Shown piece by piece: positions 39,359-51,500 of a DNA stretch of 64,000 bases; position 1 is the stretch's first letter; each line of letters opens with the position of its first letter. A program made the translations under genes and the position numbers. This DNA is from Candidatus Kapaibacterium sp. (GTDB lineage Bacteria; Bacteroidota; Ignavibacteria; Kapaibacteriales; UBA2268): NCBI GenBank assembly GCA_963664875.1, contig OY761611.1, positions 704,001-768,000 of the forward strand, read 5' to 3'. Below the pieces are notes generated by a model. The model was given only the letters and a program-made list of their open reading frames with translations, ran no database searches and was not told the DNA's origin.

Positions 39359-40423
39359 ATGATCCAACAAATTCGCGAATATCTTGGTGCAGATGCTGAA
39401 AATCTTTTGGGATTTGACAATCCAAAAATTAAAAAAGAACAGCTACACTTGCCTTCTCCTTCTTTTGTCGATGATATTTTTATCAATTCTGACAGAAACA
39501 ACAGAGTTTTAGGCAATTTAGAATGGATATTCAAACATGGTAGATTAGGCGGAACAGGCTATATGTCAATTTTACCGGTAGATCAGGGCATAGAACACTC
39601 TGCAGGTGCAAGCTTTGCTAAAAATCCGGCATACTTTGACCCTGAAAACATCATAAAATTAGCTATTGAAGGTGGCTGTAATGCAGTTGCTTCTACTTTC
39701 GGTGTTCTTGGCATGATGTCCAGAAAATATGCTCATAAGATACCTTTTATCGTGAAAGTTAATCATAACGAGCTTTTGACATATCCTAATGAATTTGACC
39801 AAGTAATGTTTGGCAGAGTTGAGCAGGCATACGAAATGGGTGCTGCAGCAATTGGTGCTACTATTTACTTTGGATCTGAAAACTCTCGTCGCCAGATTAT
39901 CGAAGTTTCCGAAGCTTTCCAATTAGCTCATGAATTAGGCATGGGCACTGTGCTTTGGTGCTACCTTAGAAATAATGAATTCAGTAAAGATAAAGATTAT
40001 CACGTTGCAACTGATTTGACAGGACAGGCAAATCATCTTGGAGTTACCATAGCTGCTGACATCATCAAACAGAAAATGCCTGAGTGCAATGGCGGATATA
40101 CTGCTTTGAACATGGGCAATTCGAGCTATGGAAAAATTGACAAAAGAGTATATACAGAGCTAACTTCTGATCATCCAATTGATTTGACTCGCTATCAGGT
40201 AGCGAACTGCTATATGGGTAGAGCCGGTCTAATCAACAGCGGTGGAGCTTCCGGCAGCAACGACTTCGGTCAGGCAGTAACAACTGCTGTTATTAACAAA
40301 CGTGCCGGCGGTATGGGTCTGATTTCAGGAAGAAAAGCATTCCAAAGACCTATGGAAGAAGGCGTGCAACTACTAAATGCTATCCAAGATGTATATCTTT
40401 GCGATGATGTAACTATCGCATAA
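39359..40423 (+). CDS. fbaB: Class I fructose-bisphosphate aldolase (DhnA/FbaB)
   Basis: [48 protein letters not shown]. Confidence 0.96.
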   Translation: MIQQIREYLGADAENLLGFDNPKIKKEQLHLPSPSFVDDIFINSDRNNRVLGNLEWIFKHGRLGGTGYMSILPVDQGIEHSAGASFAKNPAYFDPENIIKLAIEGGCNAVASTFGVLGMMSRKYAHKIPFIVKVNHNELLTYPNEFDQVMFGRVEQAYEMGAAAIGATIYFGSENSRRQIIEVSEAFQLAHELGMGTVLWCYLRNNEFSKDKDYHVATDLTGQANHLGVTIAADIIKQKMPECNGGYTALNMGNSSYGKIDKRVYTELTSDHPIDLTRYQVANCYMGRAGLINSGGASGSNDFGQAVTTAVINKRAGGMGLISGRKAFQRPMEEGVQLLNAIQDVYLCDDVTIA

Positions 40424-40456
40424 AAAATCTTCAGCTTTTTGGAGTAAAAACTACTG

Positions 40457-40487
40457 AACCTCTCAATTTAAGTTGAGAGGTTTTTTT
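40457..40487 (+). terminator. Rho-independent terminator
   Basis: AACCTCTCAA...TTGAGAGGTT plus T-tract. Confidence 0.85.
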
Positions 40488-40587
40488 ATGTTGTATTTAT
40501 GAAATTATGTTGACTTATTCTAAGTTTTTTCAAATTTTTTTTGTATGTTTGCCTGATACGCTTTTGTAAATATAAATCTGACTAACT

Positions 40588-41619
40588 ATGCACAAAAACA
40601 TCAAAAAGATAATACAATACATCATTTCTTTTGTCATTATGATTGCCGCTATTTATTGGGCAGTTAAAGATATAGATGTCAAGGATGTTTATAATATACT
40701 CAAAGAAGCAAATTATGTTTGGGCTTTTGTTCCGATTCCAATAATGTTACTATCTCACTGGATAAGAGCTATGCGTTGGAAAACAATGCTTAAACCAATC
40801 TTTGAAGCTAAATCTACTTTCAATCTCTTCTCTGCTGTGATGATAGGATATGCTATGAATAACATAATAGCACGATCCGGCGAGTTTTTAAGGCCTTATG
40901 TAGTATCCAAAAGAGAAAAAGTATCTTATACATCACTCTTTGCTACTATTATCATGGAGAGGATTATTGATGTATTCACATTATTAGGATTATTTGCTGT
41001 TTCATTCTTTGTGTTTTCAGATAAAATTTTAAAAATCTTACCTGAGGAGCTGGACGAGAAAAACATAGCTGTAATTTCCGGATTAGTCCTTATTGTTCTA
41101 ATATCCAGCTTTTATAAACCATTAGTAGATAAAGTTTTAGCTTGGACTATAAAACCGTTTTCCGAAAAACTTTTTGTACGTATTTCTGAATTATTTGTAA
41201 AGTTTCGTTCCGGTTTTGCGATTATAAAACGACCATCTCAATACTTTAGACTGATTGTTGAGTCATCTCTTATTTGGTTTTGCTATGCACTTCCAATGTA
41301 CGTAATGTTTTATTGCTTTGATTTTGTTGCTGTTTATAATTTAGGCTTGTCAGATGCACTTATTTTATTGATTGGCTCAGGTATTGCTATTTCTCTTGCT
41401 CCGACTCCCGGAGGTATAGGTGTGTATCATGCAGTTATTGCAGGCACTTTAGAGGCACTTTACGGCATCCCTAAAGAAGTAGGTCTTGCTTATGCCACTA
41501 TCAATCATGGGGTGAACCTGCTTGTTCAGTTACTTGTTGGACTTGTATTTCTATATCGTGAAAAAATCACAAAACTTCCCGATAAAGATGTTCTAAATAG
41601 CGAAGCAAGTGCTGTATAG
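40588..41619 (+). CDS. Lysylphosphatidylglycerol synthase TM / flippase-like membrane protein (UPF0104)
   Basis: RAMRW, NNIIARSGEFLR, ERIID, PTPGGIGVYH; multiple TM helices. Confidence 0.88.
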   Translation: MHKNIKKIIQYIISFVIMIAAIYWAVKDIDVKDVYNILKEANYVWAFVPIPIMLLSHWIRAMRWKTMLKPIFEAKSTFNLFSAVMIGYAMNNIIARSGEFLRPYVVSKREKVSYTSLFATIIMERIIDVFTLLGLFAVSFFVFSDKILKILPEELDEKNIAVISGLVLIVLISSFYKPLVDKVLAWTIKPFSEKLFVRISELFVKFRSGFAIIKRPSQYFRLIVESSLIWFCYALPMYVMFYCFDFVAVYNLGLSDALILLIGSGIAISLAPTPGGIGVYHAVIAGTLEALYGIPKEVGLAYATINHGVNLLVQLLVGLVFLYREKITKLPDKDVLNSEASAV

Positions 41620-41642
41620 AGCCGTGCTGATATTTTGTTTTT

Positions 41643-42155
41643 TTACTTTATAAAATGATTGAGTATAAATATCATAATTGGCATAATGCAAATAGACAAA
41701 AACAAAACAAAGTACATAACATTGCTTTCGTAATAGTGAAGATATGCATATAGCCCAATAGAAGTTAGCAATAGGTCATCATCAACTTTATCCATTATCC
41801 CCATAAAGCCGGTTTGTCTGTTACCAGACAAGACACTGACATTCGAATGCGAAATACTCCATTTGGCACTAAGAAAATGCATACCTACATCTAATATATA
41901 CAAATTATTGTTGTACCAGATTTGTGCTTCATTAAGTAATTTCCCGAATCGAATATCTGCTACTATTTCGCCGTTATTATCGCTAACTTTTATGCTTTTA
42001 CTTGTTTTACCGTCAGATTTGAAAAAGTAGTTTTCGCTACCTATCTCGCAAACGGAACGATATTTATTAGATACAAGGAAGTTTGCTATTTCTTCATCGT
42101 TTTTGACGAGCTTGAGGGTGCTCTTTTTTGGATTGTATTTCCAACTATACTGCAT
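41643..42155 (-). CDS. Hypothetical protein with C-terminal hydrophobic helices
   Basis: 170-aa ORF with ATG and GAGA RBS-like site filling the intergenic gap; beta-rich N-terminus. Confidence 0.65.
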   Translation of the reverse strand: MQYSWKYNPKKSTLKLVKNDEEIANFLVSNKYRSVCEIGSENYFFKSDGKTSKSIKVSDNNGEIVADIRFGKLLNEAQIWYNNNLYILDVGMHFLSAKWSISHSNVSVLSGNRQTGFMGIMDKVDDDLLLTSIGLYAYLHYYESNVMYFVLFLSICIMPIMIFILNHFIK

Positions 42156-42242
42156 TATTTTCTCTGATATTCAACTGTTTCGGTACAATATTAAATCTAT
42201 CTAAATATTATATATTTTGCAAGTAATAGTTTTATAATTTAC

Positions 42243-42276
42243 AAAAAAACTGCTCCGGCATATAGCTGAAGCAGTC
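42243..42276 (-). terminator. Rho-independent terminator (minus strand)
   Basis: Minus strand ACTGCTTCAGC-TATAT-GCCGGAGCAGT plus T-tract. Confidence 0.75.
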
Positions 42277-42307
42277 ATTTAGTAAGAAATATATTTTTGG
42301 CTGAGCC

Positions 42308-42958
42308 TTAGAACCCCATAGAGCTACCGCCCATCTGCTCCATTTGTTTTTCCATTTCTTCTTGTGTCGAATATTTTATGTTTTTTGGAGCTTCAAATTT
42401 TGCAGCGGGAATGCTAACATCAGTTTTTATGCTGATAGCTTCTTCTTTAAGAGTTTGTCCCATCATGCTTACTTCTGATTTTAGTGTAAGGTTTTTCCAA
42501 GCCCAAATTTTAAATCCATTTTCAGATGCCCATATTTCGCAAGATTTGCCTACTATGGTTTCAGTTTTACCTGTGTTTTTAAATTTCAGGGATTTCAACA
42601 TTTCTTTTCCGAATTCAGCAATATCCTTTTTTTGTTTAACAAGTTCTTTAAGCATATCGTTTTCGCCTTTGTAACCTGTTTTGTTTTGTAAATCTGCCTG
42701 TATGATTTTGTAACCATCTTGTATAATCACAGTATTTGTGTTTTGAGTCATACCCATAACACTTGTTTTAGATTTTGTATAATCAGCTTCTCTATATCCA
42801 TAGTCTGATATATATTTTGTTTTTGTACCGGAAGTCATGCCGGATATTTTGTATTCAATGATGGCTTGTTTTACTTCATATTTTTTGAATTTGGTAGCAC
42901 CAGCAAACACAACAGAAAATGTCAGAAGCAAAATGGCAATTTTAATAGCACTTTTCAT
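42308..42958 (-). CDS. Secreted hypothetical protein (DUF4412-like)
   Basis: Signal peptide; TGKTETIVGKSCEIW and IPAAKFEAPK motifs. Confidence 0.75.
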   Translation of the reverse strand: MKSAIKIAILLLTFSVVFAGATKFKKYEVKQAIIEYKISGMTSGTKTKYISDYGYREADYTKSKTSVMGMTQNTNTVIIQDGYKIIQADLQNKTGYKGENDMLKELVKQKKDIAEFGKEMLKSLKFKNTGKTETIVGKSCEIWASENGFKIWAWKNLTLKSEVSMMGQTLKEEAISIKTDVSIPAAKFEAPKNIKYSTQEEMEKQMEQMGGSSMGF

Positions 42959-43027
42959 AGTAAACCTTTTATAAAATGTGTGGATATATCAAAAGCAAGG
43001 TAGCAATAATTTTATTCATTTTTGCTA

Positions 43028-43771
43028 TTATTTTAGAGTCAGCTTAAAAACAAAGAAAAATTGTTCTTTCTCAGGCTGTAGATATAAAGCGGTTCCAACC
43101 GGTAATGTAAACTCTTCAGTTATTTTGATAGATCTTTCTATTGACAATCCTAAATTTACCACAGCCCACTTATCTTCCTGCACATCATAGGTAGCAGTTT
43201 TGCCTTTAGTAAAACCGGCATGTATTTTCAAAAGATTATTATCTACTGCAAAAGGATAGGCAACTTCATAATATACTGTATTGTCAGGGTCATTATGGAA
43301 GCAGTGATCTATCAGGAGCTGAATGGGAAAAGCATCGGTACCTTTATACTGCAACGAAATGTTATACCAATGTCCGCCTCTGCTTATGATTTCGCCCTTT
43401 TCGTTAAGCTTTGTATCTTCAAAGTTAAAATACTCTCTGCCTTCGCAAGGATAGTAAAAATCAGTGATAAACGGAGTGAATGTTCCAAAATCGGTATTGA
43501 TGTTATATTTCAAAACCAAATCAACTTCGTTAAATTTTATAGTTTCGTCATTGTACTCATAGCCTGCCGATAAAGCCTGTGAACCCCAAAACTCGAACTC
43601 AAAATTGGAAACTTTCAAATTGAATTTTGGCTGGATAGCTGCAGAGTTACCAACGTCGGTAGCTCTCCAATTGTAAGCACTTACAAAATCGACGGCAGAT
43701 GTCAGCTCTACAGCATAGCTGCCGGTATAAAAACAAAAAACTAAAGCTAAACAGGCAAGAAGTTTCTGCAT
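43028..43771 (-). CDS. Outer-membrane beta-barrel protein (TorF/Gcw_chp-like putative porin)
   Basis: Signal peptide; DFVSAYNWRA...AIQP, FWGS, EVDL..KY, TDFYYP; amphipathic final strand. Confidence 0.7.
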   Translation of the reverse strand: MQKLLACLALVFCFYTGSYAVELTSAVDFVSAYNWRATDVGNSAAIQPKFNLKVSNFEFEFWGSQALSAGYEYNDETIKFNEVDLVLKYNINTDFGTFTPFITDFYYPCEGREYFNFEDTKLNEKGEIISRGGHWYNISLQYKGTDAFPIQLLIDHCFHNDPDNTVYYEVAYPFAVDNNLLKIHAGFTKGKTATYDVQEDKWAVVNLGLSIERSIKITEEFTLPVGTALYLQPEKEQFFFVFKLTLK

Positions 43772-44035
43772 CTAAATCTCTCACTAAATAAATTTATTGG
43801 AATTGAATAGGTTATGAATATGCAAGTTACAGCTTTATATCAAATATTGCTCTTAACAAGATATTAAACGTTTGTAAATCACTATTGTCAAATAATTTAG
43901 AATAATGAGAAACATAATTTTGACCATACAGATAAGCATTCTCATACATTCAATTTTAGAGAAAAGTAAGATTCTTTATTTTTATCACAGAAAATCGTAT
44001 ATTGTTTTATAGTTTTACTTAAAATGGAGCAAGAT

Positions 44036-44506
44036 ATGAATAAGTACTTTCTGATTTTAGTCCTTTCTTTTTCTTTGATGTTTGTAAGTATTTTGGATGC
44101 CAAAAAACTTAAAGAATCTGAAGTTCCTGCTGTAGTTCTCAATAAATTCAAACAAATGCACACTTCTGCTAATAAAATTGAGTACAATTTGAAAGAAGAG
44201 AATGGCAAAGATATGTATCGAATCAGATTTGAAGAAAACAAATATGATTTGGAATATTTCTTCGAAAAAGACGGAAAAGTTTACAGAATGGATGGCGAGA
44301 TTGCTATTGATTTGCTTCCTGAAAAAATCAGACAAATTGTCGAAAAGAAATTCGAAGGCGAACAAATAGTAGAGGTTGAAAAAACTATCAGGAACTATGA
44401 TGAACACGGATTTCAAGTAAAACTTGTCAAAGGCAACAAAGAAACAAAAGTCGATTTCGACAATAAAAACAGAATAATTGAAATCAACATAAAATTCAAA
44501 TACTAA
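44036..44506 (+). CDS. Periplasmic PepSY-like (BLIP/DUF2874-like) protein
   Basis: Signal peptide; duplicated VPAVVLNKF / LPEKIRQIV...F..DG modules; GGAG RBS before ATG 44036. Confidence 0.75.
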   Translation: MNKYFLILVLSFSLMFVSILDAKKLKESEVPAVVLNKFKQMHTSANKIEYNLKEENGKDMYRIRFEENKYDLEYFFEKDGKVYRMDGEIAIDLLPEKIRQIVEKKFEGEQIVEVEKTIRNYDEHGFQVKLVKGNKETKVDFDNKNRIIEINIKFKY

Positions 44507-44517
44507 TCTTTGAAAGT

Positions 44518-46743
44518 ATGCAGAACGGAAACGAGAATATAGAAAACAATACACTTCAATTTATCAAAGGTGTCGGCCCTAAACGAGCTGAAGCCTTGAT
44601 TAAGGAAGGAATACTTACTCCGCTGGATTTGTTATATTACTTCCCACGTGCTTATATAGACAGAACCGGTACCAAAACACTTTATTCTCTGGTCTCCGAA
44701 TTAAAGCAAATTGAAAATTATACTGCGGAAAAAAACCTATACTTCAACTCCGAGCAAACAATAGTTGCCAGAATAGTTGCAAAAGAAATTAGAGAATTCG
44801 GCAAAGCAAAAAAAATGCTTTCCATTTCTCTAAGCGATAATTCCGGAGGATCCGCAAAGATTATCTTTTGGAATAGTGTGAAGTATTTTGACAAAATTTA
44901 CCATAAAGGTCAGCTATTAGCAGTTAGCGGCAAAGCCGAGCTTGATAGGTACAACTTGATTTCTTTCACTCATCCGGATATAGACGTTATAGACGAGGAA
45001 GATGCATCTCTTTATTCCAAAGGTGCAATTCTGCCAAAATACAAGCTATCGGATGCCCTCCGCAAAGCAGGTATTTCCATGAAAATCATGAGACAAATTG
45101 TCGCTGTTTCTCTAAAAAAATACGCTCCTAATATTGTGGAAGTGCTGCCTCCCAAATTGGTAAACGAATATAATCTTCCTTCGAAAGCACTTGCTGTTTA
45201 TAGTCTCCATTTTCCCAAAAATAAAGACATATTAGAACGCTCAAAACTGCGAATTAAGTTCGAAGAACTTTTTATGTTTCAGCTGTTTTTGAATCTAAAG
45301 AAAGATAAACTCAAATCTGCTGAAAAAGGTATAGCAATCAAACCTAAAAGCCTATCAGCACGAAAACTATATGAAGCTCTGCCTTTTGATTTAACTCCCG
45401 ATCAGAAAAAAGTTCTAAGAGAAATTGCTGAAGATATGGAAAACGGCAAAGCTATGAATAGACTTCTACAGGGAGATGTGGGCTCCGGAAAAACTATTGT
45501 CGCTATTTTTACCATGCTAATGGCAATAGATTCCGGGTTGCAGGTTGCATTTATGGCACCTACCGAAATTCTCGCGGAGCAGCATTACCATAGCCTCAAA
45601 AAATTTCTTGCTGATATAGATATCAAAGTTATTCAGCTGGTAGGCGGTCAAAAGGCAAGACTGAGAAGAGATGTCTTAGAGAAGATTGAAACCGGTTATG
45701 CCAATGTAATTGTAGGCACTCATGCACTATTCCAAAGTGAAATAAATTATAACAGGCTCGGACTTGTCATAATCGATGAGCAACATAGATTTGGTGTTTC
45801 GCAAAGAGCTGATTTGATTAATCTGGCACGTCGTTCATTTAATGATGAAGCTATTACGCCTCACATTTTGGTTATGACTGCAACACCAATTCCAAGAACC
45901 CTTACTATGACTGCTTATGGTGATTTAGATGTTTCCGTAATTAAAACTAAGCCAAAAAACCGAAAGCCTATTCTTACCAAAGTCGAATTTGAGAGTAATC
46001 ACGATAAAGTTTTCGATTTTGTAAGAAGTGAGATATTGCAAGGACGACAGGCTTTTATAGTCTTTCCGTTTGTCGAAAAGTCAGAAAAACTTGAAGATAT
46101 CAAAGCTGCTACCGAATATTTTGAGCCTTTGCAGGCAGTTTTTCCTGAATTCAAATTAGGTTTACTGCATGGTCAGATGTTTTGGTACGAAAAAGAAGAA
46201 GCAATGCAAAATTTTCTGAATAAAGAATACGATATTTTAGTAGCTACTACTGTAATTGAGGTAGGTATAGATATTCCAAATGCCAGCGTTATGGTAATAG
46301 AAAATGCCGAACGCTTTGGGCTATCCCAGCTACATCAGCTAAGAGGAAGAGTTGGACGAGGTGCAAACCAATCGTACTGCATACTTATGACTAAAGATAA
46401 CTACAAATTTCAACTAAACAAAAAGGAACAGGCTGAAAATTCTAAGGCAGCTGCGATTATCAGACTTAAAACTATGACAGAGACTACAGACGGATTTGCT
46501 ATCTCTGAAGTCGATTTGCGACTAAGAGGTCCCGGCGATATACTTGGCACAAAACAAGCAGGTCTTCCCGATTTTAAATATGCTGATTTAGTGAGCGACG
46601 GCGATATAATGGAACTTGCAAAAAAAGAAGCAATCAAAATAATTTCGGAAGATCCACATCTTAGAGCTCAGGATAATAGATTGTTAAGAGCCGAAATGTC
46701 ACGTACTTTCTTTTCGGACTCTAACTTTTTTGATATAGCATAA
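44518..46743 (+). CDS. recG: ATP-dependent DNA helicase RecG
   Basis: KGVGPKRA, MNRLLQGDVGSGKT, APTEILAEQH, DEQHRFG, TATPIPRTL, QLHQLRGRVGRG, DLRLRGPG. Confidence 0.97.
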   Translation: MQNGNENIENNTLQFIKGVGPKRAEALIKEGILTPLDLLYYFPRAYIDRTGTKTLYSLVSELKQIENYTAEKNLYFNSEQTIVARIVAKEIREFGKAKKMLSISLSDNSGGSAKIIFWNSVKYFDKIYHKGQLLAVSGKAELDRYNLISFTHPDIDVIDEEDASLYSKGAILPKYKLSDALRKAGISMKIMRQIVAVSLKKYAPNIVEVLPPKLVNEYNLPSKALAVYSLHFPKNKDILERSKLRIKFEELFMFQLFLNLKKDKLKSAEKGIAIKPKSLSARKLYEALPFDLTPDQKKVLREIAEDMENGKAMNRLLQGDVGSGKTIVAIFTMLMAIDSGLQVAFMAPTEILAEQHYHSLKKFLADIDIKVIQLVGGQKARLRRDVLEKIETGYANVIVGTHALFQSEINYNRLGLVIIDEQHRFGVSQRADLINLARRSFNDEAITPHILVMTATPIPRTLTMTAYGDLDVSVIKTKPKNRKPILTKVEFESNHDKVFDFVRSEILQGRQAFIVFPFVEKSEKLEDIKAATEYFEPLQAVFPEFKLGLLHGQMFWYEKEEAMQNFLNKEYDILVATTVIEVGIDIPNASVMVIENAERFGLSQLHQLRGRVGRGANQSYCILMTKDNYKFQLNKKEQAENSKAAAIIRLKTMTETTDGFAISEVDLRLRGPGDILGTKQAGLPDFKYADLVSDGDIMELAKKEAIKIISEDPHLRAQDNRLLRAEMSRTFFSDSNFFDIA

Positions 46744-46759
46744 ATAAAGAGATTCAATT

Positions 46760-47359
46760 ATGAGCAGTTTTTGGGACGACAAATTTTCCGGCGAAGAATA
46801 CATATATGGTACAAAGCCTAATGATTTTGTAAAATATTACATAGATAATACTACAAACAAAGGTTCAATGTTATTTGTAGGCGAAGGTGAAGGAAGAAAC
46901 GCTTTATATGCCGCACTAAACGGCTGGGAAGTTACTGCAAATGATGCAAGTCGGGTTGCAAAAGACAAAGCATTAAAGTTGGCATCCGGTCATGGAATCA
47001 GATACAAATATATTGTTTCTGATATTCTCGATTTGGACACAGAAAACAAATTCAATGCTATAGGCTTGATTTATATGCACCTACCTTCTGAAATAAGAAA
47101 ATCGGCTCACCAATTACTAACACAAAAATTGCACCTCGGAGGCGAACTATTTTTAGAAGTATTTTCTAAAAATCAAATCAATAACAATTCGGGTGGACCG
47201 AAAAATATAGATATGCTTTACAGCCTCGAAGATTTGAAAACAGATTTTGCCAATTTAGAGATTGTTTCATGCGAAGAAATATCCACTTCTCTAAATGAAG
47301 GCAATCATCACATAGGCAGAGCAGATATTATTCGTATGATTCTTAGAAAATCACTTTAA
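46760..47359 (+). CDS. Class I SAM-dependent methyltransferase (TehB-like)
   Basis: FWDDKF..EEYIYGTKPN, GEGEGRNA, SGGP. Confidence 0.9.
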   Translation: MSSFWDDKFSGEEYIYGTKPNDFVKYYIDNTTNKGSMLFVGEGEGRNALYAALNGWEVTANDASRVAKDKALKLASGHGIRYKYIVSDILDLDTENKFNAIGLIYMHLPSEIRKSAHQLLTQKLHLGGELFLEVFSKNQINNNSGGPKNIDMLYSLEDLKTDFANLEIVSCEEISTSLNEGNHHIGRADIIRMILRKSL

Positions 47360-48524
47360 AAGTAGAGCCACCATTTATTATTGATTCTATTTTTAGTATG
47401 CCATTGTGTTTTTCAATAAATTCTTTGCATAAAATCAGCCCTAATCCCGTACCTCTTTCTTCGTTAGTACCTAAGCGGGTAAATTGTTTATCAAAAACAA
47501 AAATATTATCTATCTGCTCCTGACTCATTCCTATTCCTGAATCCTTCACAGAAATGATATTTTTATCACCCTCTATTCTGTTTGAAATGCAAACAGTACC
47601 TAATTCAGGTGTAAATTTTAAAGCATTGGAAATTAAATTTCTCATTACAGTATGTATCATGTTGTAATCTCCGGGAATTGTTAGCCCATCTTGTAAATGT
47701 GCTTCAATTTTGATTTTTTTATTTTTTGCTATCGGTTGGTGAATCTCTATAACATCTTTTATTAGATTTGAAATTTGTAAATCCTGAATTTGAAAAGAGA
47801 TTTGCCCGGTTTGAGTTCTCGCCCAAAAGAGTAAGTTTTCGAGTAAATTATATAGATTCTTAGAGGATTCGTTCATCTCATTTATGAATGATATAATTTC
47901 TTTGAGGGACAAATCTTCGAAGGAGTCTGATAGTATTTTAGTTAATTGACGAAAAGCACCAAGAGGATTTTTCAAATCATGGGCTATTATCGAAAAGAAT
48001 TTATCCTTCGTAGCATTTGATTCCTGCAATTTCTTTTCTTTATCTAAAAGTTGTGACTCTGCTTTTTTTCTTTCTATTATTTCTGTGGAAAGTTGCTTGT
48101 TTTTATCAGTCAGTGATTTATTTATCTCGCGTTCTCTGCAAATAAATCTAAAATATAACTGCAGGAGACGAATAAGTTCTTGGTCTTTGAAAGGTTTCGT
48201 CAGGTAATCGATAGCTCCCAATTCAAGCCCTGCATTCATAAGTTCTTTTTTTGGATCGGCACCTGTCATAAAAATTATAGGAATAGAAGAGGTCAATTCT
48301 TGTTGTTTCATAAGTTTCGCAGTTTTAAAACCATCAATTTGCGGCATAAATATGTCCATAAGAACAATATCTATTTGATGATTGCCAAGCAGTCTGATAG
48401 CATTTTTGCTCGAAATAGCATCATAAACCACAGCATCAGTATTTTCTTTAATGATACTGCTAATTTTTTTGAGCATAGTTGGCGAATCATCTACCACTAA
48501 AACAGCGAATTTCCCGTTTTCCAT
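47343..48524 (-). CDS. Hybrid response regulator/histidine kinase (REC-HisKA-HATPase)
   Basis: VVDD, LMDIFMP, DYLTKP; AHDLKNP, NLISNALKF, DSGIG, GTGLGL. Confidence 0.92.
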   Translation of the reverse strand: MENGKFAVLVVDDSPTMLKKISSIIKENTDAVVYDAISSKNAIRLLGNHQIDIVLMDIFMPQIDGFKTAKLMKQQELTSSIPIIFMTGADPKKELMNAGLELGAIDYLTKPFKDQELIRLLQLYFRFICREREINKSLTDKNKQLSTEIIERKKAESQLLDKEKKLQESNATKDKFFSIIAHDLKNPLGAFRQLTKILSDSFEDLSLKEIISFINEMNESSKNLYNLLENLLFWARTQTGQISFQIQDLQISNLIKDVIEIHQPIAKNKKIKIEAHLQDGLTIPGDYNMIHTVMRNLISNALKFTPELGTVCISNRIEGDKNIISVKDSGIGMSQEQIDNIFVFDKQFTRLGTNEERGTGLGLILCKEFIEKHNGILKIESIINGGSTFKVIF

Positions 48525-48617
48525 AGGTCAAAGCCTTACATGTGTTGCAATTAATTTGGCACTTTATATCATTTATTATATATCTTTGTAGTTTGTTTTT
48601 TGTTTTGGATATAAAAA

Positions 48618-51500
48618 ATGCGTGATACACTTAAAGCACCTTTACAAAAATACATAGATCAGGAACTTAAAGAAATAGTTATTACAGGTGCTCGGGAAAA
48701 TAATCTAAAAAATATTACTCTGACTATCCCTCGTGATAAGTTAGTAGTAATCACCGGCCTGTCTGGTTCCGGCAAATCAAGTCTTGCTTTTGACACTCTT
48801 TATGCCGAAGGGCAAAGACGCTATGTCGAATGTCTTTCAGCGTATGCAAGGCAGTATCTCGGTATGATGAAAAAACCGGAAGTTGACAGAATTGAAGGAT
48901 TATCGCCAGCTATATCCATTGAACAAAAAACTATCAGTCATAATCCCCGCTCTACAGTTGGCACTACTACTGAAATATACGACTATATTCGTTTACTATT
49001 TGCTAAAATCGGTACGCAATTTTGCACTGAATGCCACGTGCCGGTAGAAAAGAAAAGTATTGACCAAATAGTTACAGAAATATTTTCGAATTTGTCAGGC
49101 GAAAAGATTCAAATCCTTACACCTTTAGTCAAAGGCAGAAAAGGGCACTACCGTGAGCTTTTTGAACAACTTATGAAGCAAGGTTTTACTAAAGTCAGAA
49201 TTGATGGAGAGCTCACAGAAATTGTATCGGGTCTAAAAACTAATCGATACCAAATCCATAACATTGAACTTGTAGTAGATAGGTGTATAGTTGAAAATTC
49301 TCAGATGAGCAGAATTACAGAAAGTATCGAACTTGCTTTACAAAAAGGCGAAGGTACAATGATGCTTTTATCAGGAGATAGCAATACTGAAATTTTATAT
49401 AGTACAAATTATTCCTGTCCTTCTTGTAGCAAAGCATATCAGCCACTATCTCCATACAAATTCTCTTTCAATTCGCCTTTTGGTTACTGCCCTGCATGTC
49501 AGGGTATCGGAGAAATTATAGATTATAGCAGAGATTTGGTAATACCTGATGACACTATATCAATAGCCGAAGGTGGCATTGCTATTTTAGGTAAAAAGCG
49601 GGACATGTGGATTTGGACTCAGCTTCTTGCTTTTGCAAGCGAAAACAATATAAATTTAGACATCCCCATAAAAGATTTAGCTAAAGAGTCTCTCAATCTG
49701 GTACTATACGGATCTAAAGATGAAATAACAGTTGAGTACAAATTTTCTAACACAAACAAAATCAATTATAAACATAAATTTGCCGGTATCTTACCAACTT
49801 TTCGCTCTCAATATGAAACTACAAATTCTGGACTTATCAAACGAAAAATTGAAGAGTTTATGTCGTCTCAGACTTGTGAATTATGCAACGGCGGAAGACT
49901 AAAAGTTGAAAATTTATCTGTATTTATTGCTGAAAACTCTGTTGCTGACATTTCTAAGTATGATATAACTGAAGCATTAGATTTCTTTTCTCATTTGCCG
50001 GCAAAACTCAGCAACAAACAAAATACTATTGCAAAGTTGATTCTACGAGAAATAGTTGAAAGGTTGAGTTTCCTGCAAGACGTTGGTTTAAATTATCTTA
50101 GCATCGGCAGATCGGTAAAAACTCTTTCAGGTGGGGAATCCCAACGCATCCGATTAGCTTCTCAGATTGGCTCTAAACTTGTCGGCATAATGTATATTCT
50201 AGACGAGCCGAGTATTGGCTTGCACCAGCATGACAACTACAAGCTAATCCAATCACTCAAAGAGTTGAGAGATTTAGGCAATACTGTTATAGTCGTAGAA
50301 CACGATAAAGCCATGATAGAAGAAGCAGATCACCTGATTGATGTCGGCCCCGGAGCCGGTATCCACGGAGGAAATGTTATTTTATCTACGCAGCCTTCAA
50401 ATCTCAAATATTTGAATGAATTTTCACTTGAAAACTCACATACTGCCCAATATATTATAGGCATTAAAAACATACCAATTCCTGAAAAGCGTAGAGAAGG
50501 AAATGGATTATATTTGGAACTAACAGGTGCTACGGGCAATAATTTAAAAAATGTTGATTTAAAAATTCCTCTCGGCACTTTTACCTGCATTACAGGGATG
50601 AGCGGCTCCGGCAAATCTTCGCTAATAAATGATACTCTCTACCCTATTTTGTCAAGGCATTTTTACAGATCCACAAAAATTCCGTTGCCTTATAGAAACA
50701 TAAATGGTTTGGAACATATAGACAAGGTAATTGAAATAGACCAAACACCAATCGGTAGAACTCCTCGTTCCAACCCGGCTACATATACCGGCTTGTTTAC
50801 GCTGATCAGAGACTTTTTTGCTTTACTTCCTGAATCAAAGATTAGAGGCTATCAGGCCGGACGGTTTTCTTTCAATGTTCAGGGTGGCAGATGCGAAGAG
50901 TGCGAAGGTGCAGGTCTGAAAAAAATTGAAATGAATTTCCTTCCCGAAGTATATGTTGAGTGTGAAACATGCAACGGGAAAAGATATAACATGGAAACCC
51001 TTTCAGTAACTTTCAAGAATAAATCTATTGCAGATGTCCTGGATATGACTGTTGAAGAGGCACACATTTTCTTCAAAGATATTCCTAAAATACATAATAA
51101 ACTGCAAGCTTTGATGGATGTAGGTCTGACATATATCAAATTAGGTCAACAAGCTCCTACACTTTCAGGCGGAGAGGCACAACGCGTGAAATTGGCTACT
51201 GAGCTTTCTAAACGAAGCACCGGTAAAACTTTATACTTGTTGGACGAGCCAACAACCGGGCTACATTTTGAAGATATAAATATCTTACTTAAACTGATAC
51301 ACAAACTGGTAGATAAAGGAAATACTGCTATCATTATCGAACACAATTTAGATGTAATCAAATGTGCTGACAGAATAATTGATTTAGGTCCTGAAGGAGG
51401 AAGAAACGGCGGACTAATAATTGCAGAAGGAACTCCCGAAGAAATAGCCGACTCTGAAATTAGCCTTACAGGAAAATATTTAAAAGATGAGCTAAAATAA
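48618..51500 (+). CDS. uvrA: Excinuclease ABC subunit A
   Basis: [18 protein letters not shown], zinc fingers, [34 protein letters not shown]. Confidence 0.98.
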   Translation: MRDTLKAPLQKYIDQELKEIVITGARENNLKNITLTIPRDKLVVITGLSGSGKSSLAFDTLYAEGQRRYVECLSAYARQYLGMMKKPEVDRIEGLSPAISIEQKTISHNPRSTVGTTTEIYDYIRLLFAKIGTQFCTECHVPVEKKSIDQIVTEIFSNLSGEKIQILTPLVKGRKGHYRELFEQLMKQGFTKVRIDGELTEIVSGLKTNRYQIHNIELVVDRCIVENSQMSRITESIELALQKGEGTMMLLSGDSNTEILYSTNYSCPSCSKAYQPLSPYKFSFNSPFGYCPACQGIGEIIDYSRDLVIPDDTISIAEGGIAILGKKRDMWIWTQLLAFASENNINLDIPIKDLAKESLNLVLYGSKDEITVEYKFSNTNKINYKHKFAGILPTFRSQYETTNSGLIKRKIEEFMSSQTCELCNGGRLKVENLSVFIAENSVADISKYDITEALDFFSHLPAKLSNKQNTIAKLILREIVERLSFLQDVGLNYLSIGRSVKTLSGGESQRIRLASQIGSKLVGIMYILDEPSIGLHQHDNYKLIQSLKELRDLGNTVIVVEHDKAMIEEADHLIDVGPGAGIHGGNVILSTQPSNLKYLNEFSLENSHTAQYIIGIKNIPIPEKRREGNGLYLELTGATGNNLKNVDLKIPLGTFTCITGMSGSGKSSLINDTLYPILSRHFYRSTKIPLPYRNINGLEHIDKVIEIDQTPIGRTPRSNPATYTGLFTLIRDFFALLPESKIRGYQAGRFSFNVQGGRCEECEGAGLKKIEMNFLPEVYVECETCNGKRYNMETLSVTFKNKSIADVLDMTVEEAHIFFKDIPKIHNKLQALMDVGLTYIKLGQQAPTLSGGEAQRVKLATELSKRSTGKTLYLLDEPTTGLHFEDINILLKLIHKLVDKGNTAIIIEHNLDVIKCADRIIDLGPEGGRNGGLIIAEGTPEEIADSEISLTGKYLKDELK

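Noticed and set aside
44057-44554. 165-aa Phe-rich minus-strand ORF and the many other short antisense or out-of-frame ORFs in the track (e.g. 4068..4427, 17695..18039, 25268..25627, 51146..51550)
   Set aside because: They lie within or opposite well-supported genes and show the composition expected of shadow ORFs in AT-rich DNA
47343-47359. 17-bp 3' overlap of the convergent methyltransferase and hybrid kinase genes
   Set aside because: Short convergent overlaps are common and both proteins appear complete
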